64,000 bases of DNA from Candidatus Sulfomarinibacteraceae bacterium (GCA_963796455.1 CAWCLO010000007.1:192001-256000); one strand, 5' to 3'. Positions 1 through 10,397 are shown, counted from the stretch's first letter. Numbers and translations are program-made. The notes: generated by a model not told the origin, from the sequence alone.

Positions 1-468
1 ATCCTGAAGGTCCTCGGCGACGCGACGGAGAAGCTCGAAGCCGTTTTCCGGCCGCCGCATTTCACGCATGCGAAACATGATCGTCACTTTGACGTGCTTG
101 CCTTGCCCGAGGAACTTGCGCGCCCTCCGGGTTTTGGTTTCAAAGTCATGAATATTGATATTGGGTCGGTATTTGACTTCTTTGACGTCGACCTGATGCT
201 GTTGCTTTCTCGCCTCACGGGCTTTCTTTTCCTGCTCGTAACGGAATCGTCCGTAGTCCATGATCTTGCAAACGATCGGTCGTGAGTTTGCCGCCACCTC
301 GACCAGGTCGAGGCCCTTTTCTTTCGCCATGGCGAGAGCCTCGTCGACGGGCACCACTCCGATCTGACTGCCGTCATCATCGACGAGGCGCACCGGTGAG
401 AGTCTAATTCGTTCATTGATGCGCACTTGCGGCGCATCTGGATCGTCTCGAAACGCGTACTTTCTGAT
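1..468 (-). CDS. infC: Translation initiation factor IF-3 (3' end beyond window), non-canonical ATC start
   Basis: Manual translation, absent from the ORF track: (I/M)RKYAFRDDPDAPQVRINERIRLSPVRLVDDDGSQIGVV...GLDLVEVAANSRPIVCKIMDYGRFRYEQEKK...VKEVKYRPNINIHDFETK...KHVKVTIMFRMRE. GGAGG lies 6 nt upstream of the ATC at 468-466. Confidence 0.95.
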   Translation of the reverse strand, partial: MRKYAFRDDPDAPQVRINERIRLSPVRLVDDDGSQIGVVPVDEALAMAKEKGLDLVEVAANSRPIVCKIMDYGRFRYEQEKKAREARKQQHQVDVKEVKYRPNINIHDFETKTRRARKFLGQGKHVKVTIMFRMREMRRPENGFELLRRVAEDLQD

Positions 469-650
469 GGTCGTCCTCCCTCAGGTTGGATTGATATAAG
501 TATTGCCCGAAACCGCCCACGGCGGCTGGGGATACCGTCCGGGAGTATATCACCCAAGACGCATGAACAAACCGTTTTCGAGTATTTTTGTTGATTGATT
601 CAGCCGCGACCGAGATTCGCCACGATCCGGCCGACAAAGCGCACATGAGG

Positions 651-680
651 AACCGCAGATCACGCAGATAAGCGCAGATA
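651..680 (+). repeat. Nonamer repeat CCGCAGATCACGCAGAT(N)ACGCAGA, copy 1 of 4 (others 5030-5051 reverse, 18754-18786, 59604-59638)
   Basis: The same motif occurs in four intergenic regions. Confidence 0.85.
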
Positions 681-872
681 AACACCGCTATTGGAATCGA
701 CATCGGAAATCGAGATCTCCGCCGGCCCGTCAATAGCGAGAGCGATGGGGACTCAGCCCCTCTGCCATCGGTCGACGCACCAAAAACTGAAATCCAAAAT
801 CGATCTCCCTTTCTCCCTTTCTCCCTTTCTCCCTTTCGGGATCGGGATCGGGACCGGAACCGTCGTTCAAGA

Positions 873-990
873 TGTCATCCTGAGCGAAGCGCCTCGGGCG
901 CGAAGTCGAAGGATCTGCGGTCTTGGGTCTCTCCCGTGCGCGCCATAGATCCTTCGACTGCGCCCCTTTGGGGCTCCGCTCAGGATGACA
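873..990. repeat. REP/REPIN-like palindromic element
   Basis: TGTCATCCTGAGCG...AGTCGAAGGATCT followed by AGATCCTTCGACT...CGCTCAGGATGACA, i.e. two inverted arms around a ~30 nt spacer. Confidence 0.85.
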
Positions 991-1213
991 CCGGGATGCG
1001 GCATTCGCATGCGTGCGAAACCGGTGCCGAAAGGTTCTCCTTTTCCCCTCTGCCCCCTTTCCCCTCCGCCCCTCTGCCATGTGGCGGTTCGAGCATCGAG
1101 CATCAAGCGACTGTACGGTTCTCCCTTTCCCCTTTCCCCCTTTCTCCCCTTCTCCCTTTTCCTGCTTCCCCCTTCCCCGGTCGGCCGGGGTGATAATCCG
1201 ATACCATGGCCCG

Positions 1214-1855
1214 GTGCCGATCATCGACGACGAAGCCCTTGTCCTGGACCACCACAGATTTCGCGACCGCGATCTCGTCCTCGCGGTGATCTGTCGGCAT
1301 CACGGCGTGCAGCGAGGCATTCTCCGCCGGGCGCGTTCCGGCAAGGCACCGGCCGCCGCTGCGGCCCAGATCCTGTCCCACGTCCATGTGAGCCTCTTTC
1401 AGAAACCGACCGCCGAACTGGCCACCTACCGGCACATCGAATTGATCAGGTCTTCCTTCGGTCTGACCACCCAGTTGGAACGGTCGGCGGCCGCCGCGGT
1501 GGTGGCCGAGCTTCTCCTGACCTATTTCCCTCCTTCAGAGTCGTCCGAGCGGGCGTTCCGCCTCGGGTTGAAATCCCTCGAGGCCCTGCTCGAAAACACT
1601 GCAAGCGACACCGTGGTCGCCTACGCGCAATACTGGACCCTGGCCCTCGGTGGTGTCCTCGGTCCACCCGAGGCCGGGTCATCGCCGCTCGATCACGCCA
1701 GCCTCGAGTTCCTCTCCCAATGCCGGCAGCGCGGGGTTGCCGAAATCGAGGACCCGGTGCCGGCAGCGGCGGCTCGCTGGCTCGACCAACGCGCTCGCGA
1801 AGAGGCTGAGAGGCCTCTCCGCGCCCTGACCTTTTATCGGCGTGAGTGCGGTTGA
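1214..1855 (+). CDS. recO: DNA repair protein RecO (short, divergent)
   Basis: Sequence from GTG 1214 reads PIIDDEALVLDHHRFRDRDLVLAVICRHHGVQRGILRRAR, matching the RecO N-terminal OB-fold pattern. The upstream part of ORF 1013 is repeat-derived. Confidence 0.75.
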   Translation: MPIIDDEALVLDHHRFRDRDLVLAVICRHHGVQRGILRRARSGKAPAAAAAQILSHVHVSLFQKPTAELATYRHIELIRSSFGLTTQLERSAAAAVVAELLLTYFPPSESSERAFRLGLKSLEALLENTASDTVVAYAQYWTLALGGVLGPPEAGSSPLDHASLEFLSQCRQRGVAEIEDPVPAAAARWLDQRAREEAERPLRALTFYRRECG

Positions 1856-2544
1856 TGGAGATGCGGTTGGCCAGGCATCAAACCATCGCACTCTTCCAAC
1901 ATCGAGGGGTCCAGCACATAAGGTTCCTGCAACCGGTGCTCGACCTGGCGATGCTCGACGAAATCTCGACCGCCCTCGAGTCTCTTGCATTTCCCGGTTC
2001 ATTACCGTTGCTTCTGGTTTCCAGACACCCGTCGGTTTTTCTGGCCGGCGCCAACCTGGCGGAGATCGAGCAACTCGATGCCGCCAGGTGTATTGAATAC
2101 GCCGGAAGGGGACGACGGGTCGCTCGTCTGATCTCGCAGCACCCGGCACCCACGGTCGCCGCCGTTCATGGGTCCTGCTCCGGTGGCGGCGTGGATCTGG
2201 TCCTCTCATGCGACGCTCTGATCTCGAGACCGGACGCCACATTTCAGCACCCCGGTATTCGACGAGGTCTGGTGACCGGGTGGTCCGGAACCGCACGACT
2301 CCCGCACGGGCTCGGGCGGTCAAATGTGCGACGAATGCTCCTCGAGGGGGCGTCGCTCAACGGCCGAGCCATGGTGGACCTTGGGCTGGTCCAGTCGGTC
2401 TCGGACGAACCAGGCGCCGAGGCCATCGATACGGCGATCTCGCTGGCCGCCCTGGATTCCGAACGGCTGCGCCTGTGGCGGGCTCTCAGAAAGCCCGGTT
2501 TCATTGACAGATTCCGCGCCACCGTGGTACATAAATTACGATAG
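1855..2544 (+). CDS. Enoyl-CoA hydratase/isomerase family protein
   Basis: FLAGANL and PTVAAVHGSCSGGGVDLVLSCD crotonase motifs. TGATG overlap with recO. Confidence 0.9.
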   Translation: MEMRLARHQTIALFQHRGVQHIRFLQPVLDLAMLDEISTALESLAFPGSLPLLLVSRHPSVFLAGANLAEIEQLDAARCIEYAGRGRRVARLISQHPAPTVAAVHGSCSGGGVDLVLSCDALISRPDATFQHPGIRRGLVTGWSGTARLPHGLGRSNVRRMLLEGASLNGRAMVDLGLVQSVSDEPGAEAIDTAISLAALDSERLRLWRALRKPGFIDRFRATVVHKLR

Positions 2545-2643
2545 ACGAAGACTTTTCACGATTCAAGAATTGGCGGGAAACGGACATATGAAGGCAGCGA
2601 TTTACCGCAGTAACGTGGTTCGGAGAGGGAGCGAGGGGATGTC

Positions 2644-4017
2644 ATGAGTCGCACGATTTTGCTTGCCGATGACAGCCTGACAATTCAAAAAGTCGTCGAA
2701 CTCACATTTGCCGACACCGATTACGAGGTGGTGGCCGTCTCGAGTGGTGATGAGCTTTTGCAGAAGCTTCCCGGAAGCAATGCTGATCTGGTCATCTGCG
2801 ACGTGATCATGCCGGGGCGCGACGGTTACGACGTGTGCCATGAAATCAAATCGAACCCGGATTCGCTGCATCTCCCGGTTATTCTCTTGACCGGCACCTT
2901 TGAGCCCTTCGATCGGGATCGGGCGCTGGCGGTGGGATGTTCGGAGATCATCACAAAACCATTCGAGGCCCGAAAACTGGTTGATGCCGTCAACCGGCTG
3001 GCGACCGAAGATGGCGGTGCACCTCTGGCAGCACCCGCAACGAAGAACGAAGGACAGCTGGAGAATGAAGGGCAAGTCACGCCGCCCGTTCCCATGATGG
3101 TCCCCGAGAATCTCTCGAGTTTCGAGGACGAACTCCAAGACACCGCCGTGAGCGCTGAGTTCGGCCCCGGCCCGGAAGAAGAAATCGAGACGAACGATTT
3201 GTTTGACAGTGGGCCCGCCGTTCCGCAAGCAGATGAACCGAGCCGTGACACTGTCGATTTCGCCGCCCCCGCAGAAGATGTTGAATTCGATCTCGTTGAG
3301 AACGCACAAACGACGGAGATCGAAGTACCCGCGGATCCGCCGAACGCGGTGCCAATAGGCCCATCTGAAGCCGAGATCATCCACGATGCGGCCGACACCG
3401 TGTCTGACCGGAACATCGCGGAGATAATGGACGAAACCGAGAACGAGGTCTTCGCCGAGCAACCGGTCGCGATGGACGATGATGTCTTCCCATCGGATAC
3501 CAGTCACGAAGAGCCGTTCCAGACCGAGGAACCTGAATTGCCGACACCGCCGGTATCTCAGTTCGAAACCGACCATTCCAAAACAACTCCGATCAATGTC
3601 AGTTCGGTGATGGCCGAGGTTCCTGTCCACGATGAGATTTCTGAGTTTGAATTCGATGCCGCAACGGACGAGGTTGCGGGCGCGACGACCCAGGAAATCG
3701 ATGACATATCCGACGCTGACACCCAGGACTTTGACGAAACGCCCTGCACCGAAGACATCTCCAACGACGAAATGTCCAACGCGGCGACCCAGGACATCAC
3801 CGAGGTCGAGGAGACCCCGGCGGTCGCGGTTCCAGCCGGCGACTCCGCATCCAGTCTCAGCGACGAAGATGTTGATCGGATCGCGCGACGAGTGGTCGAG
3901 TTGTCCCGCGACAGAATCGAACACATCGCGTGGAGCGTCATCCCAGACATGGCTGAGATCGTGGTTCGCGAAAGGGTTCGTGAGATCGAAGAAAAGGCTG
4001 GAGGAGAGCCCGGCTGA
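2644..4017 (+). CDS. RomR-like response regulator (receiver, acidic linker, RomR-C-like tail)
   Basis: Receiver motifs ILLADD...ICDVIMP...ITKPF, a long D/E/P-rich linker, and C-terminal LSRDRIEHIAWSVIPDMAEIVVRE. Confidence 0.8.
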   Translation: MSRTILLADDSLTIQKVVELTFADTDYEVVAVSSGDELLQKLPGSNADLVICDVIMPGRDGYDVCHEIKSNPDSLHLPVILLTGTFEPFDRDRALAVGCSEIITKPFEARKLVDAVNRLATEDGGAPLAAPATKNEGQLENEGQVTPPVPMMVPENLSSFEDELQDTAVSAEFGPGPEEEIETNDLFDSGPAVPQADEPSRDTVDFAAPAEDVEFDLVENAQTTEIEVPADPPNAVPIGPSEAEIIHDAADTVSDRNIAEIMDETENEVFAEQPVAMDDDVFPSDTSHEEPFQTEEPELPTPPVSQFETDHSKTTPINVSSVMAEVPVHDEISEFEFDAATDEVAGATTQEIDDISDADTQDFDETPCTEDISNDEMSNAATQDITEVEETPAVAVPAGDSASSLSDEDVDRIARRVVELSRDRIEHIAWSVIPDMAEIVVRERVREIEEKAGGEPG

Positions 4018-4065
4018 TTCCTTCGCGTCGCATCGATTCGCCACCCAGACTCCCAGGAGAAATTT

Positions 4066-4842
4066 GTGAATGAACGATTGAACTCGTTGCAGCGAGCTCT
4101 TGCTCAGCACGCCGAAAATATCGTATTGCTTGACGTGACAAGCTCGACCCACGCCATGGCGCGGCGCCTGATCTCCGAGATGGATGAAGAATCCCAGGAA
4201 CTCGGACCGACCCTGATCCTCGCCGACCGGCAGGAGCACGGTGAGGGTCGAGGCGAGCATCGCTGGCAACAGTCTGAACAAGGACTCTACCTGAATTGGT
4301 TACGAACCGGGATCGGGCAGGAAACGCTGGGCATGCTGCCCATGTTGGCCGCCGCTGCAACCAGGCAGTCCATCGCCGCGGTTGGTGTCGCAGACACCCG
4401 CATCAAATGGCCGAACGACATCCTGGTCAAAGGCGAGAAAATTGCTGGGTTGCTGGTGTTTGCCCGCCATGGCGAAAAGATCTGGTTTACCGTGGGTCTC
4501 GGCGTCAATCTTGCCTCGGCCCCGGCCATCACCGAGAGCGATTCACCACCGGCGACAGCGATTGCTGATCACGTCGATGGCGGAGATTTCGACAGGTGGC
4601 GTCACGACATCGCCTGTTCCTTCATCGAGACCCTGGTTCTCTCCCTGGGAAACCCCGGATCCGGTCTCGAAGACTGGCGCCGCCACCTGGTTCAACGAGC
4701 CGGCGACGACATCAGCGTCCGCCTCGCTTCCGGCGAGGTCCTTGCGGGGTCGATCACAGAGATCACCAAGGAAGGGTTTTTGCGGATTCAGGGGAGCGAC
4801 GGCGAACGCCTGGTAACCGGAGGAGATGTCGTCGAGAGCTGA
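4066..4842 (+). CDS. birA: Biotin-[acetyl-CoA carboxylase] ligase (no N-terminal HTH)
   Basis: QEHGEGRG...W, IKWPNDIL...KIAGLL and GLGVNL motifs. Confidence 0.92.
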   Translation: MNERLNSLQRALAQHAENIVLLDVTSSTHAMARRLISEMDEESQELGPTLILADRQEHGEGRGEHRWQQSEQGLYLNWLRTGIGQETLGMLPMLAAAATRQSIAAVGVADTRIKWPNDILVKGEKIAGLLVFARHGEKIWFTVGLGVNLASAPAITESDSPPATAIADHVDGGDFDRWRHDIACSFIETLVLSLGNPGSGLEDWRRHLVQRAGDDISVRLASGEVLAGSITEITKEGFLRIQGSDGERLVTGGDVVES

Positions 4843-5143
4843 GCGCGAACCCGAGAAAGGGCGAAAGGGTGAAAGGGCGAAGGGGAGATCGTCCAGTTGC
4901 CCGATGCGAGAGTTTCGATTCGATGCTCTTCGCCCTCTAGAAACCCTCGGGGCCGTAGCGATCGCTCAAGATGAGCAACCGTAGATTTCGAGTTCCGATG
5001 CCTGTACCCATTGCGATGTCTTATCGCCGTTCATCTGCGTGATCTGCGGTTACTCATGAGAGCATTGCCGAAAATCCGAAATCCGAAATCCGAAATTCCA
5101 AATGCTCCCCTGCTCCCGTGCTCCCTTTCCCTACTCGACTTCC

Positions 5144-6940
5144 CTACTCGACGGCCTTCAGTCTCTCGAGAAATCTCTCAGGTGGCTCGAAGCCGGTGAT
5201 CCGAAAAACTTCCTCACCCCCAGAAAAAACGATCACAGTCGGAACTCCCATGACACCGTAGTCCCTGGTCAAGGCCTGGTTCTCTTCCGTCGCGCGGGTC
5301 AGATCCACCTTGAAGCGCGAGTAATCCTCGAGCACAGCGCGGACTTCCGGTGCGGAAAAGGTCTTCTCGTCCAATTCACGGCACGGTGCACACCAGTCGG
5401 CGTAGAAATCGACAATCACAGGGCGATCACCTGCGCGCGCCGAGGAGACCGCGGCAACGTCAAAGGCCTTCCACTCGAAGTGGCCACCCGCCTCGCCGGT
5501 CTCCGACGCGCCGTGCCGGATGGCCGGAGCCATCAGCACTCCGATGACGATCATTGCTGCCGAGAGCAGACGCATGACGCGATCGATGGTCGGTTGTTCG
5601 TTTCCCGTCCGATCAATCACCAACAGATAGAAGCCGCCGATCACCAACACCGCCGACATCAACCATCCACCGGATTCTCCCGGCATCAGGGGTGCCGCAA
5701 AATATGCAGCCATCGCAATCAAGATCACACCAAAGACTCTCCTGACCCCAACCATCCACATTCCGGACGCCGGCAATTTGTTCACCGCGCCGGTAAATGT
5801 TCCGAGGATCAGATAGGGCAGGCCGAGACCCAGGGCGAGGGTGAAGAAAAGGGTGAAACCGAGGACCGGGTCACCGCGTTGACCCACATAGGTCAGCAGT
5901 CCGACCACAAAGGGGCCGATGCACGGGGCGGCGACAAATCCCATGACAAAACCCATGATCAAGGCACCGAAAACACCGGTCCTGCCACCGGAGGCCCTTT
6001 GCGCCCAACCCGGCACCCGGAGCTCCCATAGACCGAACATCGATGCCGCCAGGGCCAGCAAGACCACCACGATCAAACCAACCACCCAAGGACTCTGGAG
6101 CGCACTCCCGAAAATCGCTCCGCTCAGCGCTGCGAGTACGCCGAGAATCGAATAGGTCACCGCGATCCCGATCACATAGGCCAGCGCCAGAGGAAAGGTG
6201 CTGCCCTCGCGATTTTTGGTCTGTTGGGTGAAATAGCCGATGGTGATCGGGATGAGGGGAAAAACGCAGGGCGTCAAATTGAGGGCGAGACCGGCAAAAA
6301 AGACACCAATCAAAAGCAAAGGCAACGATTTCGAACCGAAATCCGAAGCATCGGAAGGCGTCTCACCGGTGGTCGAAGGGCCCGCAACCCCGGAAAAAAA
6401 CTTTTGGTTGGTCGATTTCGAGGCGGTCCCGTTGGCCGCAATCATCACATCGACTCCGGCGCTCACGTCTTCGGGTGGCAGACACTGAGTGTTATTGCAT
6501 GCCTGCGCAGTGACCGTTACCCGCAAGCGATGATCACCGGTTGCCGATTCGGGCACCACGAGATTCGCGAGGATCACGATTTCGTGTTCCCAGACCTGGA
6601 TCGGAGTATCGGAGAATTCGAACTCGATGGTTTCCGCGGGAGGAAAGCTGATGATCGGATCGAGCCACCCCTCCGGCAGCCCGAATTCCACCTCGGTCGG
6701 CAGCGAAAAATCGTCTCCCGGGCTGTTGGAGTTGATGTGCCAACCGGTCTCGATTTCGACCACAACCGCCAGGCGAAGCTCCTCGCCGGCTATGACCGGT
6801 TCACGATCGGGCAGAATCTGAACCGTGAAAACCGGTTCCGCCTCGAATCCCTGTGCGGCGCCTGAAATCGCCCCCGCCAAACTCAGAATTAACGCAAAAA
6901 ACAGCCTTCGTTTCATAGTCATCCTCTTGATCACGCTCAA
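5144..6940 (-). CDS. dsbD: Thiol:disulfide interchange protein DsbD
   Basis: N-domain QACNNTQCLPP, transmembrane LNLTPCVFPLIP and AAPCIGP, thioredoxin domain DFYADWCAPC. Confidence 0.95.
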   Translation of the reverse strand: MSVIKRMTMKRRLFFALILSLAGAISGAAQGFEAEPVFTVQILPDREPVIAGEELRLAVVVEIETGWHINSNSPGDDFSLPTEVEFGLPEGWLDPIISFPPAETIEFEFSDTPIQVWEHEIVILANLVVPESATGDHRLRVTVTAQACNNTQCLPPEDVSAGVDVMIAANGTASKSTNQKFFSGVAGPSTTGETPSDASDFGSKSLPLLLIGVFFAGLALNLTPCVFPLIPITIGYFTQQTKNREGSTFPLALAYVIGIAVTYSILGVLAALSGAIFGSALQSPWVVGLIVVVLLALAASMFGLWELRVPGWAQRASGGRTGVFGALIMGFVMGFVAAPCIGPFVVGLLTYVGQRGDPVLGFTLFFTLALGLGLPYLILGTFTGAVNKLPASGMWMVGVRRVFGVILIAMAAYFAAPLMPGESGGWLMSAVLVIGGFYLLVIDRTGNEQPTIDRVMRLLSAAMIVIGVLMAPAIRHGASETGEAGGHFEWKAFDVAAVSSARAGDRPVIVDFYADWCAPCRELDEKTFSAPEVRAVLEDYSRFKVDLTRATEENQALTRDYGVMGVPTVIVFSGGEEVFRITGFEPPERFLERLKAVE

Positions 6941-7699
6941 CTATTCTTGATTGTTCCCGGGATCGAGGGCCGGGTCGAAACGCCGCACGATTTCACGGAT
7001 CTCGTCCGTGTAGCGCTCCCAGTTCTCTTTGACGAGGTCCGGGCGTCTGGTTACCGACTGCTCGACGGCCCGTTCCAGCCGCCATCGCCGGATCACCTCG
7101 TGATTGCCGGAGGTTAGCACTTCCGGCACCCTTCGACCCTCGAATTCCGGCGGTCTGGTGTAACACGGGTGATCCAGGATTCCGTTGGAAAAGCTGTCAT
7201 CCGCCACCGAATCAGGGTCACCGACCACACCCGGGATCAGCCGTGCCACGGCCTCGACAACCGCCATCGCAGCCACTTCACCACCACCTAGAACATAATC
7301 TCCGATCGAGATCTCCTCCAGATCGAGGATTTCGAAAATCCGCTCGTCAAAACCCTCGTACCGTCCGCAGACCAATAACAACCGATCCTCCGCCGCCAAT
7401 TCCCGTGCCAGCTCCTGGTCGAGCACGCGCCCTCTCGGCCCGAGCGCTATCACTCGAGCGGTCGGTTGGCTCGCAGCCAGTTGACGGATGGCGTTGACCA
7501 CGGGCGGCGCCTGCAAGACCATTCCCGCGCCGCCACCGTAGGGCTCATCGTCAACCTGATTCCAACGATTGTCCGCCCATTGCCGGAGATCGTGGGCTTC
7601 GAGTTGGACGACTCCCCGTGTGACGGCCTTGCCGAGCACGCCCACCGCCCGAAATGATTCGAAGAGCTCAGGGAAGATCGTCAGAATGTCGAATTGCAT
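6941..7699 (-). CDS. trmD: tRNA (guanine37-N1)-methyltransferase
   Basis: VDDEPYGGGAGMVL, LVCGRYEGFDER and SIGDYVLGGGE motifs, in the canonical operon. Confidence 0.98.
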   Translation of the reverse strand: MQFDILTIFPELFESFRAVGVLGKAVTRGVVQLEAHDLRQWADNRWNQVDDEPYGGGAGMVLQAPPVVNAIRQLAASQPTARVIALGPRGRVLDQELARELAAEDRLLLVCGRYEGFDERIFEILDLEEISIGDYVLGGGEVAAMAVVEAVARLIPGVVGDPDSVADDSFSNGILDHPCYTRPPEFEGRRVPEVLTSGNHEVIRRWRLERAVEQSVTRRPDLVKENWERYTDEIREIVRRFDPALDPGNNQE

Positions 7700-7822
7700 T
7701 GCGGTCTCCGGATGGGAAGGGTCAGGGTCGAGGGGTCAAAGGTAAAGGGTTCGCAGATTCAGATTGCCCGGGGTGGCAGCCATGTCGGGAAGGGCGACTG
7801 TCGAAGCCATCGGCGACTTCGG

Positions 7823-8380
7823 TCAGCGTGCCTCGATGGCGTCATCGTCAAGCAGCCCGGCGGGTGCATCGATGATCACGAATCCACCGTCGAGATCGAC
7901 CTCGGACACGATCTCCGGAACATACGGCACCAACCACTCGCGATCGAGGTTTCGAACCACCAACCTGGATTGTCCGTCGCCGAGGTCCATTCCACTGACC
8001 TGCCCCAACACGTCACCTTCAGGGGACCTGCATTCGAGCCCTACAAGGTGGTGCTCGTAATAGTAGCCTTCTGGGAGTTCATCCAGGCTTTGTTCGGGCA
8101 AAAAGAGAAACTCACCGGTCCAACCCTCGATGACGGTGCGATCACGGATGCCACGCACCGAGAGCAACCACCGCCCCTTGTGATACCGCACCCGGTGGGC
8201 GTGATGAAATTCCCGCGGTCCCGAATCGTCGCCGACACCGAACTCGATGCCATCAATCAACCGTTCCGGAAAATCGGTAATGATCTCCACCAGAATGTCG
8301 CCATGGATACCGTGCGGTTTGCCCGCCCGGCCGACGATCAACCACTCGCGCGGCTTCGATTCGGTGCCAGAGTCGGGCAC
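7823..8380 (-). CDS. rimM: 16S rRNA processing protein RimM
   Basis: VGRAGKPHGIHG, LPEGYYYEHHLVGL and LVPYV motifs, plus operon context. Confidence 0.95.
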   Translation of the reverse strand: MPDSGTESKPREWLIVGRAGKPHGIHGDILVEIITDFPERLIDGIEFGVGDDSGPREFHHAHRVRYHKGRWLLSVRGIRDRTVIEGWTGEFLFLPEQSLDELPEGYYYEHHLVGLECRSPEGDVLGQVSGMDLGDGQSRLVVRNLDREWLVPYVPEIVSEVDLDGGFVIIDAPAGLLDDDAIEAR

Positions 8381-8382
8381 TG

Positions 8383-8622
8383 CTACTCGAGGATTTCGAG
8401 CACGAAACGTTTCTGAACCTTCATGCCCGCCGCAGCGAGCAATGTGCGAATCGCTCGTGCGGTTCGCCCCTGGCGGCCGATCACCTTACCAAGATCTTCA
8501 GTGCGGACGCGCAGTTCGAGAACCGTGGTCTGTTCACCCTCGACCTCTGTCACCGACACATCCTCAGGATTGTCAACCAGCGCTTTCGCGATCTCTTCCA
8601 GCAGGTCTTTCATCGCGCTCAT
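8383..8622 (-). CDS. khpA: KH-domain RNA-binding protein KhpA
   Basis: [17 protein letters not shown]; lies between rpsP and rimM. Confidence 0.93.
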   Translation of the reverse strand: MSAMKDLLEEIAKALVDNPEDVSVTEVEGEQTTVLELRVRTEDLGKVIGRQGRTARAIRTLLAAAGMKVQKRFVLEILE

Positions 8623-8679
8623 TGGAGCTCCTTTCGTGAAGGGTCCGCTGGCTCGGAGCTCGATCGCCCCGAGCGTCGG

Positions 8680-8922
8680 TCACTGCTGTGTTTCGGCTTT
8701 ACGGATCAGAGATCGGACTGTTTCAGAAACTCCCGCACCTTTGCCTCGCCACTCCTGGATCTTCTCGAGATCGAGACGGATCTCCGGGGGCTCGATGGTC
8801 GGGTTATAAAAACCCACCTGTTCAAGATAGTCGGCCTGCGTATCCTTACGCGAGTCCGACACCACCACACGGTAGACGGGGCTGTGCTTCGCACCACCTC
8901 GCCGAAGTCTGATCATCAACAC
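8680..8922 (-). CDS. rpsP: 30S ribosomal protein S16
   Basis: IRLRRGGAKHSPVYRVVVSDSR...EQVGFYNP. Confidence 0.97.
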   Translation of the reverse strand: MLMIRLRRGGAKHSPVYRVVVSDSRKDTQADYLEQVGFYNPTIEPPEIRLDLEKIQEWRGKGAGVSETVRSLIRKAETQQ

Positions 8923-8960
8923 AAATCCTCCTCGAACAACCCCTGAGGTCGCTCTTTCTT

Positions 8961-10295
8961 TCAGCCGATTCCTAGTTGTCGTTTCAACGTTCGAGAGTCG
9001 GCTTTCCCCAAACGCTTCATGAGCTTACGCATCTGTCCGTATTGGCGCAAGAGGCGATTAATTTCCTCGACGCTCGTTCCGGAGCCTTTTGCGATCCTTT
9101 TCTTCCGCGAACCGTTCAAAAGCTGCGGGTGGCGACGCTCTTTCGGCGTCATCGAATCAATACACGCTTCCATCCGCTTGAGTTGTCTTTCTTGTCCTTC
9201 GCCGATGCCGCCTTCCGGAAGCATCTTTCCCATTCCGGGAACCATTTCCATCACCGATTGCAGGGGACCCATCTTTTTCAGGCTGCTGAGCTGATCTCGG
9301 AGATCTTCGAGGTCGAACTTGTTTTTTCTGAGCTTTGCCTCGAGTCGCCGCGCTTTCTTCTCGTCGATGGCATCCTGTGCCTTCTCAACAAGGGTGAGCA
9401 CATCACCCATTCCCAGGATCCGGCCGGCCATACGATCGGGGTGAAATTGCTCCAGGTTTTCAATCTGTTCGCCGATTCCCGCAAAGACAATCGGTTTTCC
9501 GACGACCTCGCGAACCGAAAGGGCGGCCCCGCCACGGGCGTCACCGTCGAGCTTTGTGAGAATCACCCCCGTGATCTCGAGTTGCTCATGGAACGCGCGA
9601 GCCGAACGCACCGCGTCCTGACCGGTCATCGAGTCGGCAACAAAGAGAATCTGTTTCGGGTTGAGGATCTTTTTGAGGCGCTGCAACTGATCCATCAACT
9701 GATCGTCGATGTGAAGCCGGCCGGCAGTGTCGAATATGAGGACCTGGTAGCCCTTGATCGAAGCCTCTCGAAGTGCGCGTTTTGCGATCTCCTCCGGATC
9801 GTCCATATCGCGTGAGTCGATGGTCGGGATCTGGGCCTTCTCCCCCAGGACAAGAAGCTGCTCGCGCGCAGCAGGCCTCGAAGTATCGGCCGGGACCAAC
9901 AGCGGAAAGAGATTCTTCTTGTCTTTGATCCAGCGTGCCATCTTGGCCGCGGTCGTCGTTTTTCCCGAGCCCTGCAAACCGACCAACATGATCACGGCCG
10001 GCCGGCCTTTGAACTGCAGTTCGGTGGTTTCGCCACCGAGAAGAGCAACCAGCTCCTCATGAACGATCTTGGTCACCATCTGGGCCGGTGTGACCGAGTC
10101 GAGAACCTCTTTGCCGACGGCACGTTCCCGGACCCTGTCGACAAACCCTGAAACGACCTCGACACTGACATCGGCTTCAAGCAGAGCGAGTCGGATCTCG
10201 CGCAGCGCCGTGTCGATGTGGTACTCGGTCAGATGCCCCTCTCCACGGAGGGTCTTCGTGACTCGAGCCATACGTTCTTGCAGGCCTTCCAACAT
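8961..10295 (-). CDS. ffh: Signal recognition particle protein Ffh
   Basis: GLQGSGKTTT, DTAGR, TKLDGDARGGAALS and an M domain. Confidence 0.98.
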   Translation of the reverse strand: MLEGLQERMARVTKTLRGEGHLTEYHIDTALREIRLALLEADVSVEVVSGFVDRVRERAVGKEVLDSVTPAQMVTKIVHEELVALLGGETTELQFKGRPAVIMLVGLQGSGKTTTAAKMARWIKDKKNLFPLLVPADTSRPAAREQLLVLGEKAQIPTIDSRDMDDPEEIAKRALREASIKGYQVLIFDTAGRLHIDDQLMDQLQRLKKILNPKQILFVADSMTGQDAVRSARAFHEQLEITGVILTKLDGDARGGAALSVREVVGKPIVFAGIGEQIENLEQFHPDRMAGRILGMGDVLTLVEKAQDAIDEKKARRLEAKLRKNKFDLEDLRDQLSSLKKMGPLQSVMEMVPGMGKMLPEGGIGEGQERQLKRMEACIDSMTPKERRHPQLLNGSRKKRIAKGSGTSVEEINRLLRQYGQMRKLMKRLGKADSRTLKRQLGIG

Positions 10296-10397
10296 AAGAG
10301 CGGCAGTCTAAGACAGTGCCCTGGTGAGGTCAAGTGTCGAGTCTCAAAGCGTTAACGAAAGAGATAAGAGGTTTCACTCATATACAATTGAGTCGAG

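Noticed and set aside
480..560. L20 leader upstream of infC
   Set aside because: A small hairpin is present but I cannot match the consensus by eye; needs an Rfam search.
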